NCBI GenBank assembly: GCA_964437335.1 | Contig: CAYTGL010000006.1 | Coordinates: 24,523 to 88,522 of the forward strand | Reading direction: 5' to 3' | Length of the DNA: 64,000 bases | Origin: an uncultured Chromatiales bacterium | Lineage (GTDB): Bacteria; Pseudomonadota; Gammaproteobacteria; SZUA-140 | Shown here: piece by piece, positions 8,271 through 15,974 of the stretch | How the letters are laid out: every line of letters begins with the position of its first letter | Position numbering within the stretch: position 1 is the stretch's first letter | Position numbers and translations under genes: made by a program | Notes under the pieces: generated by a model | Seen by the model: only the letters and a program-made list of their open reading frames with translations | Database searches by the model: none | Told to the model about the DNA's origin: nothing

Positions 8271-8678
8271 GCATGGTACCTTGGGGAGGCTCGGAAAATT
8301 GCCGGATGCTCAAGGCTGATAACCACGCCAAGCCTCGCATAACCAGATGATACGGATATTACTCCTGCAATACCCGGTAAATATATCTTAATTGAACACT
8401 GTGATCAAAACATCAGCAGCCTGATATTGTATTGGCAACAGGTACTTGGCGTTAGTTCCGCAGCGGCGGATCTGGTGGAGGTACATGCCGACGGAGAACT
8501 GCTCACGCTGAGAGGCGGAGTCGACACTTCTCCGATCTTAATTATCTGCAGGGCTGAAACTGGCAGGCGCACGGCGCAGCCCTTGCTGCCATACCGTGCG
8601 CCTGACCTGATTGGCGTACTTTAGAATTAGCGTGCAATCAAACCAGAGATGACTGCGGCGCCTCTTCGACTCGATACC

Positions 8679-8831
8679 TTACTTGAACGGGTTGTCGTCG
8701 TTGTCGCCTGCCTGCTTTTTCTCCCAATACCGGTAGCTGTCGACAAAGAAGACCCCGTACACGGCAAAGCACAGGAAGACCACCGCGATTATTGCAGCGA
8801 ATACTCCCGGTGCGTAATCAATGTCGATCAT
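8679..8831 (-). CDS. 50-aa single-TM protein, CcoQ-like by size and position
   Basis: Manual translation gives MIDIDYAPGVFAAIIAVVFLCFAVYGVFFVDSYRYWEKKQAGDNDDNPFK. It has an ATGA overlap with the upstream stop. Not in the ORF track. Confidence 0.7.
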   Translation of the reverse strand: MIDIDYAPGVFAAIIAVVFLCFAVYGVFFVDSYRYWEKKQAGDNDDNPFK

Positions 8832-9493
8832 GCTGAGACCCCCTTCTTCATGTTCGGCTTCTTAGAGAAATGCGGCAGACGCTTGCAGACAATGACCATC
8901 GCCAGAATAAAGTAGGACACATAGAGCACGTCGATCGTATAGCCCTTGTCCCACCACGGTTGCGTGCGTTTACGCAGGCCATCCGGTCGGTACTCGCCCT
9001 CAAAATTCGCGAGCACCAACTGATCGTAGACGACGATATAACTTTCGAGGCCATAAGGTCCGCCGGCGACCGCGGCTTCCCTGATCTGGGGAGCAATCAA
9101 CTGCAGGTCATACCACGTCAACTGCGGACACTGGCGATCGATGAGCCCGGCCAGGCGACTGTCGTGGCCGCTGGCGATATGAGCCTCCTTCGCGTGGCGA
9201 CACACGAAATTCTTCTTTTCCTCGGGCGTCTTCAGTGCCTGGACTTGAGGGGAATCCATTATTTCCACCATCGGGTAATACAACTCGGCTGTCGGCCTCA
9301 GCCCCCAGATCGGCATCGTGACCATAAAAGCGGTAACAATGATCAAACCGAGCAGAAAAGTAACCGGAAACGGGAGACGGTTGTTGCCTTCCCACAGACC
9401 GCCCTGCTTTTCGTGCTCCCAGCGCTGAATCGCTTTCCTGTTTTCCTCTTCGTCAGCCATGCTGTACAGAGGATTATCCATTTTCCAGGCCAT
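8828..9493 (-). CDS. CcoP N-terminus-like 2-TM protein without heme c motifs
   Basis: HEKQGGLWEGNNRLPFP plus a TM helix resembles the CcoP HEWDGI.ELNNPLP segment. It directly follows ccoO and has no CxxCH. Confidence 0.65.
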   Translation of the reverse strand: MAWKMDNPLYSMADEEENRKAIQRWEHEKQGGLWEGNNRLPFPVTFLLGLIIVTAFMVTMPIWGLRPTAELYYPMVEIMDSPQVQALKTPEEKKNFVCRHAKEAHIASGHDSRLAGLIDRQCPQLTWYDLQLIAPQIREAAVAGGPYGLESYIVVYDQLVLANFEGEYRPDGLRKRTQPWWDKGYTIDVLYVSYFILAMVIVCKRLPHFSKKPNMKKGVSA

Positions 9494-9508
9494 TATCGTT
9501 CCCCCTCG

Positions 9509-10468
9509 TTATTTCAAGCTGGTCAAAACCCAGTCGATTACTGCCCGGATCTCGCTATCACGTGCATATTCCGGTACCTCCGGCGGATAGGCCCGCAAGC
9601 CCTGGCGATACTCGTTATACTCGCGACGCCACTTCGGATAGTCGATCTTGTTGCCCTTGGCATCGACGCGACCCCACAGATAATCGAAGCGCGGCATAAT
9701 CGAGTTCGGCTGAGTCAGGCGAGGATTGAAGAAGTGCATCATCATCCACTCGCGCGACGAATTGCGGGAGGCTACGTGCAATATGTCGGGCGCCTTGCGA
9801 TCCGATCCAAATGAAGTCGGGTTTTCACCGTTCATGTCGCCGACATACGGAGGCCAGCCAAAGATCTGGAAGTCCTGGGCTGCCTCGGGCAGCAGCGTAT
9901 GGCACCACCAGCAGCCTTCGGTGACATAGACCGTCTTGCCCCTGGCGACATAGCGGTGATTCTCGTCTCCGGTGGCACGCAATATTTCTTCAGGCATCCA
10001 TCCGCGTGTCGCGGTCGCGTTTTCGATGTAGGCCCACTCCTCGCCCTTGCTGCTCTTGCCATAGCTGATCGTGAAAACCGCACCGGTGTTTTTGTCCGCC
10101 TGGTCGATGCGTCCCTTTTGAATGCTCAGCTGTTGTACTGTCGATCCAAGATTCGCTGGATGGTTGACCGTCGATGCGAACGGCGTGCCCGGCTTGTAGA
10201 CATAGGCACGAATCGCGGGATCAATTGGTGCGCCGGTCTTCGGATCCTTGCTCAATATCACCGTAATCGGCTTGCCCGCACCACGCACAAACGGATCTTC
10301 ATAGGAAAATCCGATTACGCGACCATTCGACAGCGCCTTGTCCAGCCCCACCCAGGTCGAGTCCGCCGACCTGAAGTCGAAGCTGGGCAGGAACAGGGTT
10401 ATCGTCATCGACAACCCGAGCATTGCGCCGACGCCTACTGATCCGAGTTTATATTCTTGGAATGCCAC
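9509..10468 (-). CDS. ccoO: cbb3-type cytochrome c oxidase subunit II with a large periplasmic insertion
   Basis: G..VY..EGCWWCHT, FGSDRKAPDI, W...HF.NPR..QPNSIMPRFDYL. GTG start after a GAGGGGAG RBS. Confidence 0.9.
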   Translation of the reverse strand: MAFQEYKLGSVGVGAMLGLSMTITLFLPSFDFRSADSTWVGLDKALSNGRVIGFSYEDPFVRGAGKPITVILSKDPKTGAPIDPAIRAYVYKPGTPFASTVNHPANLGSTVQQLSIQKGRIDQADKNTGAVFTISYGKSSKGEEWAYIENATATRGWMPEEILRATGDENHRYVARGKTVYVTEGCWWCHTLLPEAAQDFQIFGWPPYVGDMNGENPTSFGSDRKAPDILHVASRNSSREWMMMHFFNPRLTQPNSIMPRFDYLWGRVDAKGNKIDYPKWRREYNEYRQGLRAYPPEVPEYARDSEIRAVIDWVLTSLK

Positions 10469-10489
10469 TTATCTCCCCTCCCCAGGCTT

Positions 10490-10529
10490 CCTTGCTTCCC
10501 CCCGGTCGACCCGGGGGGAATTTGCAAGG
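10490..10529. other. Intergenic hairpin between ccoN and ccoO
   Basis: ttccccccgg-tcgac-ccggggggaa, extended by ccttgc/gcaagg. Confidence 0.6.
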
Positions 10530-10565
10530 TACTAGTTTCTAGATTATGCCGTAAACGATGCCTGC

Positions 10566-11975
10566 TTACCTTTCGTAGGCCAGCTCGTGCGCATAACGGC
10601 CCTTGGGCACCACGGTCCCCTCACGGGCGGTCATATACATGTTGTAGAGCCAGACCATGTTTCCGGTGAACACCATCGTGCCGCCGATCCAGCGTCCGAT
10701 CATGTAGGGATGCTCGGCGACGACGACGTCGATATACGGCACCTGGTATACCTTGGCGGCGCCCTGAATCAGACCCGCGACCGTCATCGTGATCCAGTAG
10801 ATGCAGAATCCGATGAGCACGAACCAGTAGTGGAAGTTGGCAAGCACCAGCGAGTAGAGCTTTCTGCGCAGCACCTGCTGCAAACCGAAGTACACGGCCG
10901 CGATTTCGAGGAAGCTCGACATGCCGAGCAGCGCGAGGTGCGCGTGCGCCACGATCCAGCCGGTGCCGTGGATGTACCAGTTGATCGCGCGGGTCTGCTG
11001 GAAACCGCCCTGCATGTTCAGCGGGATGGCGAGCAGCACGCCGGTGACCGAGAACTTGATCTCGATGTTCTCGACGAACATGCTCCAGCGCCCTTTCATC
11101 GTCAGCAGGATGTTGGCGACGAACGCGACCGCCGGGATCAGGATCAGCACGCCCTCGACCGAAGCGAAGGACTTCAGCCACTCCGGCAGCGGCGCCGACA
11201 GCAGGTGATGCGAGGCCGGCGTCGAGTAGAACGCGATGATCGACCAGAAATGCAGGTGACCGACGCGGTGCGAGTACAGCGGATTACCGGTCAGCTTCGG
11301 GATCGTATAGTATGCGATCGCCGCGGCCACCGGCGTGATCCACAAGCCGAGCACGTTGTGCGCGAACCAGAAGGTCAGATAGCCCTCGGTCAGTCCGGTC
11401 AGATTGAACAGTTCCGGAGACTGGCCGACGACGAACGTCGTCATGACGAAGAAGATACAGGCCCCGAAGAACCAGTTCGTGATGTAGATACCCTGCGTTT
11501 TTCGCTGCGCAATGGTCATCCAGACGTTGATTCCCAGCGGCAGCAGTACACCGAATATGATGACCAGGTCGATCGGCCAGATCAGGTCGGAGTACTCGCG
11601 GCCTGAGGTGAATCCCGTCCACAGCAGGATCAGGCCGAGCGACAGACCGACATTCCACATAAAGGCAGTCCAGAGACCGAGCTTTTCAGACCACAGTCTG
11701 GTGTTGCCGAGGGCCGGCGTCATGTACATCATGGTCATCGCGAAGGCCATCGAGATCCAGCCCAGGATGACCGCGAGCACGTGCACCTGGCGCATGTGTC
11801 CGAACGCAAACAACTCGGTCCCCGTCACCATATCCGGGAAAGCGAGTTTGGACGCATTGAACGAGCCGAGGCCGGTGCCTACGATGAACCACAGGATCGA
11901 GGAAAAACCGAAGAAGAGCGTCGCTGTTCCCGGCGGGATATCCTCAGATTTCGCGAACAAATATTTCAGTATCAT
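10566..11975 (-). CDS. ccoN: Divergent cbb3-type (C-family) heme-copper oxidase subunit I
   Basis: QVHV (heme b), REYSDLIWPID, WFAHN (CuB), YSTPASHH (Tyr plus CuB His pair) and WIVAHAH (b3/b ligands). GGAGG RBS. Confidence 0.95.
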   Translation of the reverse strand: MILKYLFAKSEDIPPGTATLFFGFSSILWFIVGTGLGSFNASKLAFPDMVTGTELFAFGHMRQVHVLAVILGWISMAFAMTMMYMTPALGNTRLWSEKLGLWTAFMWNVGLSLGLILLWTGFTSGREYSDLIWPIDLVIIFGVLLPLGINVWMTIAQRKTQGIYITNWFFGACIFFVMTTFVVGQSPELFNLTGLTEGYLTFWFAHNVLGLWITPVAAAIAYYTIPKLTGNPLYSHRVGHLHFWSIIAFYSTPASHHLLSAPLPEWLKSFASVEGVLILIPAVAFVANILLTMKGRWSMFVENIEIKFSVTGVLLAIPLNMQGGFQQTRAINWYIHGTGWIVAHAHLALLGMSSFLEIAAVYFGLQQVLRRKLYSLVLANFHYWFVLIGFCIYWITMTVAGLIQGAAKVYQVPYIDVVVAEHPYMIGRWIGGTMVFTGNMVWLYNMYMTAREGTVVPKGRYAHELAYER

Positions 11976-12091
11976 GCTGCCAACCCTCCTGGATCACTGA
12001 CGATCCCTAAAGAATCGAATCGATTAGTAATTTTATAGTGAAACTCTCCAAGACTCCCCGACCGGATACGAAGAGCGTTGAAAAGCGGCAA

Positions 12092-12181
12092 TCACTCCGT
12101 CATCTTGGTCATCAGATACCACGTGAACCACATGCTCGAAAACGCAAGCAGAACACCAAATGTCCCAGCAATTGCAGCCAT
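12092..12181 (-). CDS. 29-aa single-TM micro-protein (MAAIAGTFGVLLAFSSMWFTWYLMTKMTE)
   Basis: GAGGGGGA RBS upstream of the ATG; lies between the 96-aa gene and ccoN. Confidence 0.6.
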   Translation of the reverse strand: MAAIAGTFGVLLAFSSMWFTWYLMTKMTE

Positions 12182-12241
12182 TTCTATCCCCCCTCGGATA
12201 TCTTCAATTCTGTTAATCCTGAACGGTTCCGCGGCGCCTGT

Positions 12242-12532
12242 TTACCAGGTCGCGTCGCCGCCTTTCGCCTCGCGCTGACCATGCTTGTGGCAACCGATCA
12301 TGACAATGATCGAGAACGCGAGACCGAATATCAGCATCTGCCATGTCATGAAACCGTTGAACTGCGTCGGGTCGAGATTGTCCTGCGGCCAGCCGCCCCA
12401 TGCCCCGAATGGCTCACGCCCCAATGCGCACATCATCGCGGCGCCGAACACGCTGCCATTGCCCATCCCGGTCGTGAACGCGGGTATGGCCAGGATCCAG
12501 AATAAACGGCCAAAAGTGAGCTTGTTCTCCAT
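12242..12532 (-). CDS. Hypothetical 2-TM membrane protein, first gene of the cco operon
   Basis: 96 aa with a GGGGGAGGAG RBS. Confidence 0.8.
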   Translation of the reverse strand: MENKLTFGRLFWILAIPAFTTGMGNGSVFGAAMMCALGREPFGAWGGWPQDNLDPTQFNGFMTWQMLIFGLAFSIIVMIGCHKHGQREAKGGDATW

Positions 12533-13005
12533 CTCCTCCCCCCTGATTTCAAGTTATCTTGCTGCTGCCAAATCCTGTCATCAAAGCCTTTAACGAAATC
12601 TATGCCGCGCTCCTCATCTCGGCCGGACGGCTGGCGGCAATCCATGTAGCCGCACTGTTGTCATGGTCGACAAGTGTGCCTTCAGGCGCAGAGAGAATCA
12701 AGGAAAGTCTTGCCGGGTCGAAACACCCGCTGCGATCTGGGGCGGTGCCGGAATGTCTAACGGGAAGGGCGCGGTAATACTCGACATGCGTCGCAATGCG
12801 TTGAACACTGCGCATGCAGTAGTGGAAGGTAAATCCGGATTTCAGCACCCCGTCCCTCATGACCGCTCCCAGCCCGCTCAACTACCAACAGAGCCCGTTT
12901 TTTATTGTTGTCGTGCATGGGTTCAGGTGATCGCCGCCATGTCTTCGCGGTCTTGTGCCCGATCAACCGCACGAGCCACCGTCTAACCCCTCACGCTTTC
13001 AGGTG

Positions 13006-13033
13006 ATTATAGCCATAATATCGCAACTTGCAA
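13006..13033 (-). promoter_or_regulatory. Putative sigma70 promoter TTGCAA-16-TATAAT for the cco operon
   Basis: Near-consensus hexamers on the minus strand inside an AT-rich patch. Confidence 0.6.
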
Positions 13034-13291
13034 CCATCGCGAGCGGCATTTTCCTGTACAGGCCCCGCAATAGCGGCTGCCGGGATTGGTTCTATTTTAC
13101 TTACAAAAAATCAACTAGTTATAAATACCGGGATATAGCGTCGCCAGGACAATATTCCGCCGGCGTCGATTGCGCGCCGGCATCCCTGTCGCAGGTTTGA
13201 ACTCGCCTCCCGATATGAGAAAATCACGCGCTGGTTCATGCCGCCCGCCGGCAAGCAAAATCCGATATCTCGAATCCACCTGCCTGACGAC

Positions 13292-13522
13292 ATGAGAGAA
13301 ATCATCATCTACGGTATTGTGGCGATCAGTTCGCTGACCATGATCGCGTACACGGTCAGGATGTTCATCGGCGGACTCGTCAGCAGGCAGACCGAATACA
13401 CGATCATGGCGCTTGTCACCGTGATCGGCGCCGCGGTGCTGGCATTCCTCGCCTGGGATGTCATCAAACGCAGGCGCGCCGCCGATGCGGGCTCAGCCGA
13501 AACGGAACGCCATCACGACTGA
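13292..13522 (+). CDS. Small 2-TM membrane protein
   Basis: 76 aa from MREIIIYG, with two hydrophobic helices and a basic tail. Confidence 0.65.
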   Translation: MREIIIYGIVAISSLTMIAYTVRMFIGGLVSRQTEYTIMALVTVIGAAVLAFLAWDVIKRRRAADAGSAETERHHD

Positions 13523-13599
13523 ATGCCTGCCTCACCGCCGCGCGCTATACCATTTGCTCGGCGGCGGACACGAGGGGAAATACTGCGGGAACGCAACCG

Positions 13600-14058
13600 T
13601 CAGCGATAGACTTCCAGCAGCGCCTTGGCGCTCTTGAACTCGGAATCGCTGGGGAACTGGCCGATGTGAAAGATGTGCTGCTGTTTCCTGCCTTCAAGGT
13701 CCATCCCGGTCAGCGCAAAGGTCTTGCCGCCTATTTCCGAGAAGAAGCGCAGATCCTTGACCAGCACTGCGTTCGTTCCGTTCCTCAGTGTCAACGTAAC
13801 ACGATCCTTGTCGATCCCGATCGCAACCGGTGCTGACGGCAGCAGCATCATGCGAGTCCTGAGGATACGATTCGCGCCGACCATAAAAAACAGGCTGGCG
13901 AGAAATATCAGCAGATAGGACCAGGCGGCGTTCGGCCCGTAGGAGAGTCTCAGTCCGATGAGCCCGAGAAAACAGACCGTCGGGACATAAAGCAACAAGT
14001 CCCATGCCATGCCTTTCCGGTCCTGCACCAGTTCGTAGCGGGATTCCTTTCTCGACAC
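13600..14058 (-). CDS. Hypothetical protein with two N-terminal TM helices and a soluble beta domain
   Basis: 152 aa, 4 nt downstream of the thioredoxin-like gene. Confidence 0.7.
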   Translation of the reverse strand: MSRKESRYELVQDRKGMAWDLLLYVPTVCFLGLIGLRLSYGPNAAWSYLLIFLASLFFMVGANRILRTRMMLLPSAPVAIGIDKDRVTLTLRNGTNAVLVKDLRFFSEIGGKTFALTGMDLEGRKQQHIFHIGQFPSDSEFKSAKALLEVYR

Positions 14059-14062
14059 GCGA

Positions 14063-14599
14063 TCATCCCTTCTTCCGTTCGATCACGAGCGTTTCAATGA
14101 CCTGATCGAGCTCCCCATACAGAAGGCGACCGGGGCGCTTGAAGCGCACAATGCCCTCCTCGTCGATCAGGAAGGTCCAGGGCTCTCCGGTGACGCGAAA
14201 CGCGACAAAGGCGCCGGGGTTCTGGTATTGATCCATGTGCAGGAAGACGATGCCTTGCTCTTCGTACTTGTCCATCATCGCCGACAGCATCTGCAACTGC
14301 TTGTCGCAGACCGTGCAGTGCGCCGGGGTCGCGAATGCGATGACGACCGGGCGGCCTTCCTTCAGCACATGATCGAGCGAATATTTGTACATCCGCGGAT
14401 CCGGATGGCGATAAGAAGTCAGGCGCGACAAATCCTGGCCAACGTCATCCAGGGTCACGGTGCGGATAACCGGGGCCTTCGTGCCGAGCTTGAGGGTTCC
14501 GACCGGAGATTCGACGCAGGCCCCGAGAACCAGGACAGCGACGAACAGTACGGCGAGCTTAATCGACGCGATTATGCGGCTTGCCGGTCCCTCAGCCAT
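14063..14599 (-). CDS. Thioredoxin-fold lipoprotein with CxxC
   Basis: Lipobox LVLGAC, then FATPAHCTVC and GEPWTFLIDEEG. Confidence 0.8.
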   Translation of the reverse strand: MAEGPASRIIASIKLAVLFVAVLVLGACVESPVGTLKLGTKAPVIRTVTLDDVGQDLSRLTSYRHPDPRMYKYSLDHVLKEGRPVVIAFATPAHCTVCDKQLQMLSAMMDKYEEQGIVFLHMDQYQNPGAFVAFRVTGEPWTFLIDEEGIVRFKRPGRLLYGELDQVIETLVIERKKG

Positions 14600-15152
14600 A
14601 GGTCTTCTCCTGCTGATAATTCGGCTCCTGCAGATTGATCTCGGATGAGCGTCTGCTGGTGCGATAGATATTATAACCCCAGATGCAATTGGCCAGCAGC
14701 ACGAGCGTTCCGAAAATGCCGCCCGCCATCATTAACGGCAGCACCAGCATCGTCACCTCGTTCGGCGGCAGGGACACGCTCGCGCGTCCGCCGACAACGC
14801 CGGCCGCGCCGAAACAGCCAACCAAGCCGAGCAGGCCGAAGTTATGCATCCAGAAATGCACCTTGACGAGGGCGAGGCTGTAGATCGGGCGCTTGACCAG
14901 GCGCGGTACCAGGTAATAGATCGCACCGAAAATCGCCATCTCGACCCAGCCGAGCAGGTTCAGATGGGCATGGCCCAGCATGATCTTGTCGCCGTGCGGC
15001 CGGTTGCGGATGAAATGCGCGACATCGGGCATCATGTTGACGAGGACGCCCCAGCTGAATCCGATGATGCTGTAGATGATGCAGGCGTAGATGAACCACA
15101 GGGTGTACCGGTTGAAATCCCGTTCCCGTTCAGTCAAGCGCGGCTCGCTCAT
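14592..15152 (-). CDS. Second stand-alone 4-TM heme-copper oxidase subunit I-like protein
   Basis: GHAHLNLLGWV...YYLVPRLVKRPIYSLALVKVHFW matches CcoN helices X-XI. Confidence 0.85.
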   Translation of the reverse strand: MSEPRLTERERDFNRYTLWFIYACIIYSIIGFSWGVLVNMMPDVAHFIRNRPHGDKIMLGHAHLNLLGWVEMAIFGAIYYLVPRLVKRPIYSLALVKVHFWMHNFGLLGLVGCFGAAGVVGGRASVSLPPNEVTMLVLPLMMAGGIFGTLVLLANCIWGYNIYRTSRRSSEINLQEPNYQQEKTYG

Positions 15153-15176
15153 GTCGGTTTCCCTCCTCGCTTCAAC

Positions 15177-15749
15177 TCACTCGTTTTCGACAGGCTGAAT
15201 CTCACGGATATCCCTGTACTGCTCACGCCAGGAATCGGGCACCCACATGTTCAACATCCGGTCGATGAATGGCGAATCTCCCGGTGGCGGCACCTTCGCG
15301 ACCGACGAGCCCGCATCGGCTCTCAGTTCAGACAGGAAGATCGCGATCAAGCGGCGATCCTCTTCCGACATGCCCGCGACGTAGGCGGCTTCTTTCGGCG
15401 GGGACCCGTGATCGATCGTCGGCGCGCCATAGACTTCTTCGGGATTTGCAAGGAAGCGCTCCAGGTACTCGAGCGAACGCGCCGAACCGATGCCGTCGAG
15501 CGACAGCCCCATGCTCGTGCCCGCGCGCAGGGCCCGATGGCAGGCATTGCAGTTGGCCCGCTGATACAGGCCGGCGCCCTTGCGGCCCTCTTCGGAGAAA
15601 TCGAAATACGTGAGCTGCTCGAATAGCGGGGTATCCGACTTCATACGCACCGTTTCGAGCCCGATGTAGACGAATATGGCGCTGACAAAAAACACGCCGA
15701 AGATCATCAGAAGGATTTTTTCGCCCAGCTTCAGAGGATTTTTACTCAT
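15177..15749 (-). CDS. Membrane-anchored monoheme cytochrome c
   Basis: N-terminal TM helix, CNACH and LSLDGIGSARSLEYLERFLANP. Confidence 0.85.
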   Translation of the reverse strand: MSKNPLKLGEKILLMIFGVFFVSAIFVYIGLETVRMKSDTPLFEQLTYFDFSEEGRKGAGLYQRANCNACHRALRAGTSMGLSLDGIGSARSLEYLERFLANPEEVYGAPTIDHGSPPKEAAYVAGMSEEDRRLIAIFLSELRADAGSSVAKVPPPGDSPFIDRMLNMWVPDSWREQYRDIREIQPVENE

Positions 15750-15802
15750 GATATCCAGCCATCGCCTGTTGTGTTGCCGATATCCCCTCCCTCTGGTTCA
15801 GA

Positions 15803-15833
15803 CAAAAAATGAGGGCGGTAATGCCGCCCTCAT
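15803..15833 (-). terminator. Rho-independent terminator after cytochrome c4
   Basis: atgagggcgg/ccgccctcat stem followed by a U tract on the minus strand. Confidence 0.75.
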
Positions 15834-15974
15834 CATTAGCTTCCGGAGTATTGTTATTAGTGCGCCGGTCGAATCAGAATGCCGCAGAGATTTCCATCGC
15901 AGCTGATACGAAACCGGACGGAGGTCGGGACCGTCCGGCGCGTTCAACGCACGCGCCGGACGGTTGCCGGTGGT

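Noticed and set aside
10566-11975. Possibility that the divergent subunit I is a nitric oxide reductase
   Set aside because: It retains the helix-VII Tyr before the HH pair and the C-family WFAHN context, lacks the NorB-type conserved glutamates, and is paired with ccoO- and ccoS-like genes.
12757-12918. Short ORF ending GHEGRGAEIRIYLPL, reminiscent of a histidine-kinase C-terminus
   Set aside because: It has no RBS and no other HATPase boxes, and the match is too short to support.
13101-13114. FNR-like box TTACA-N4-ATCAA upstream of the cco promoter
   Set aside because: Only one half-site matches and it lies about 108 nt from the inferred TSS. No convincing FNR site was found in the cluster.
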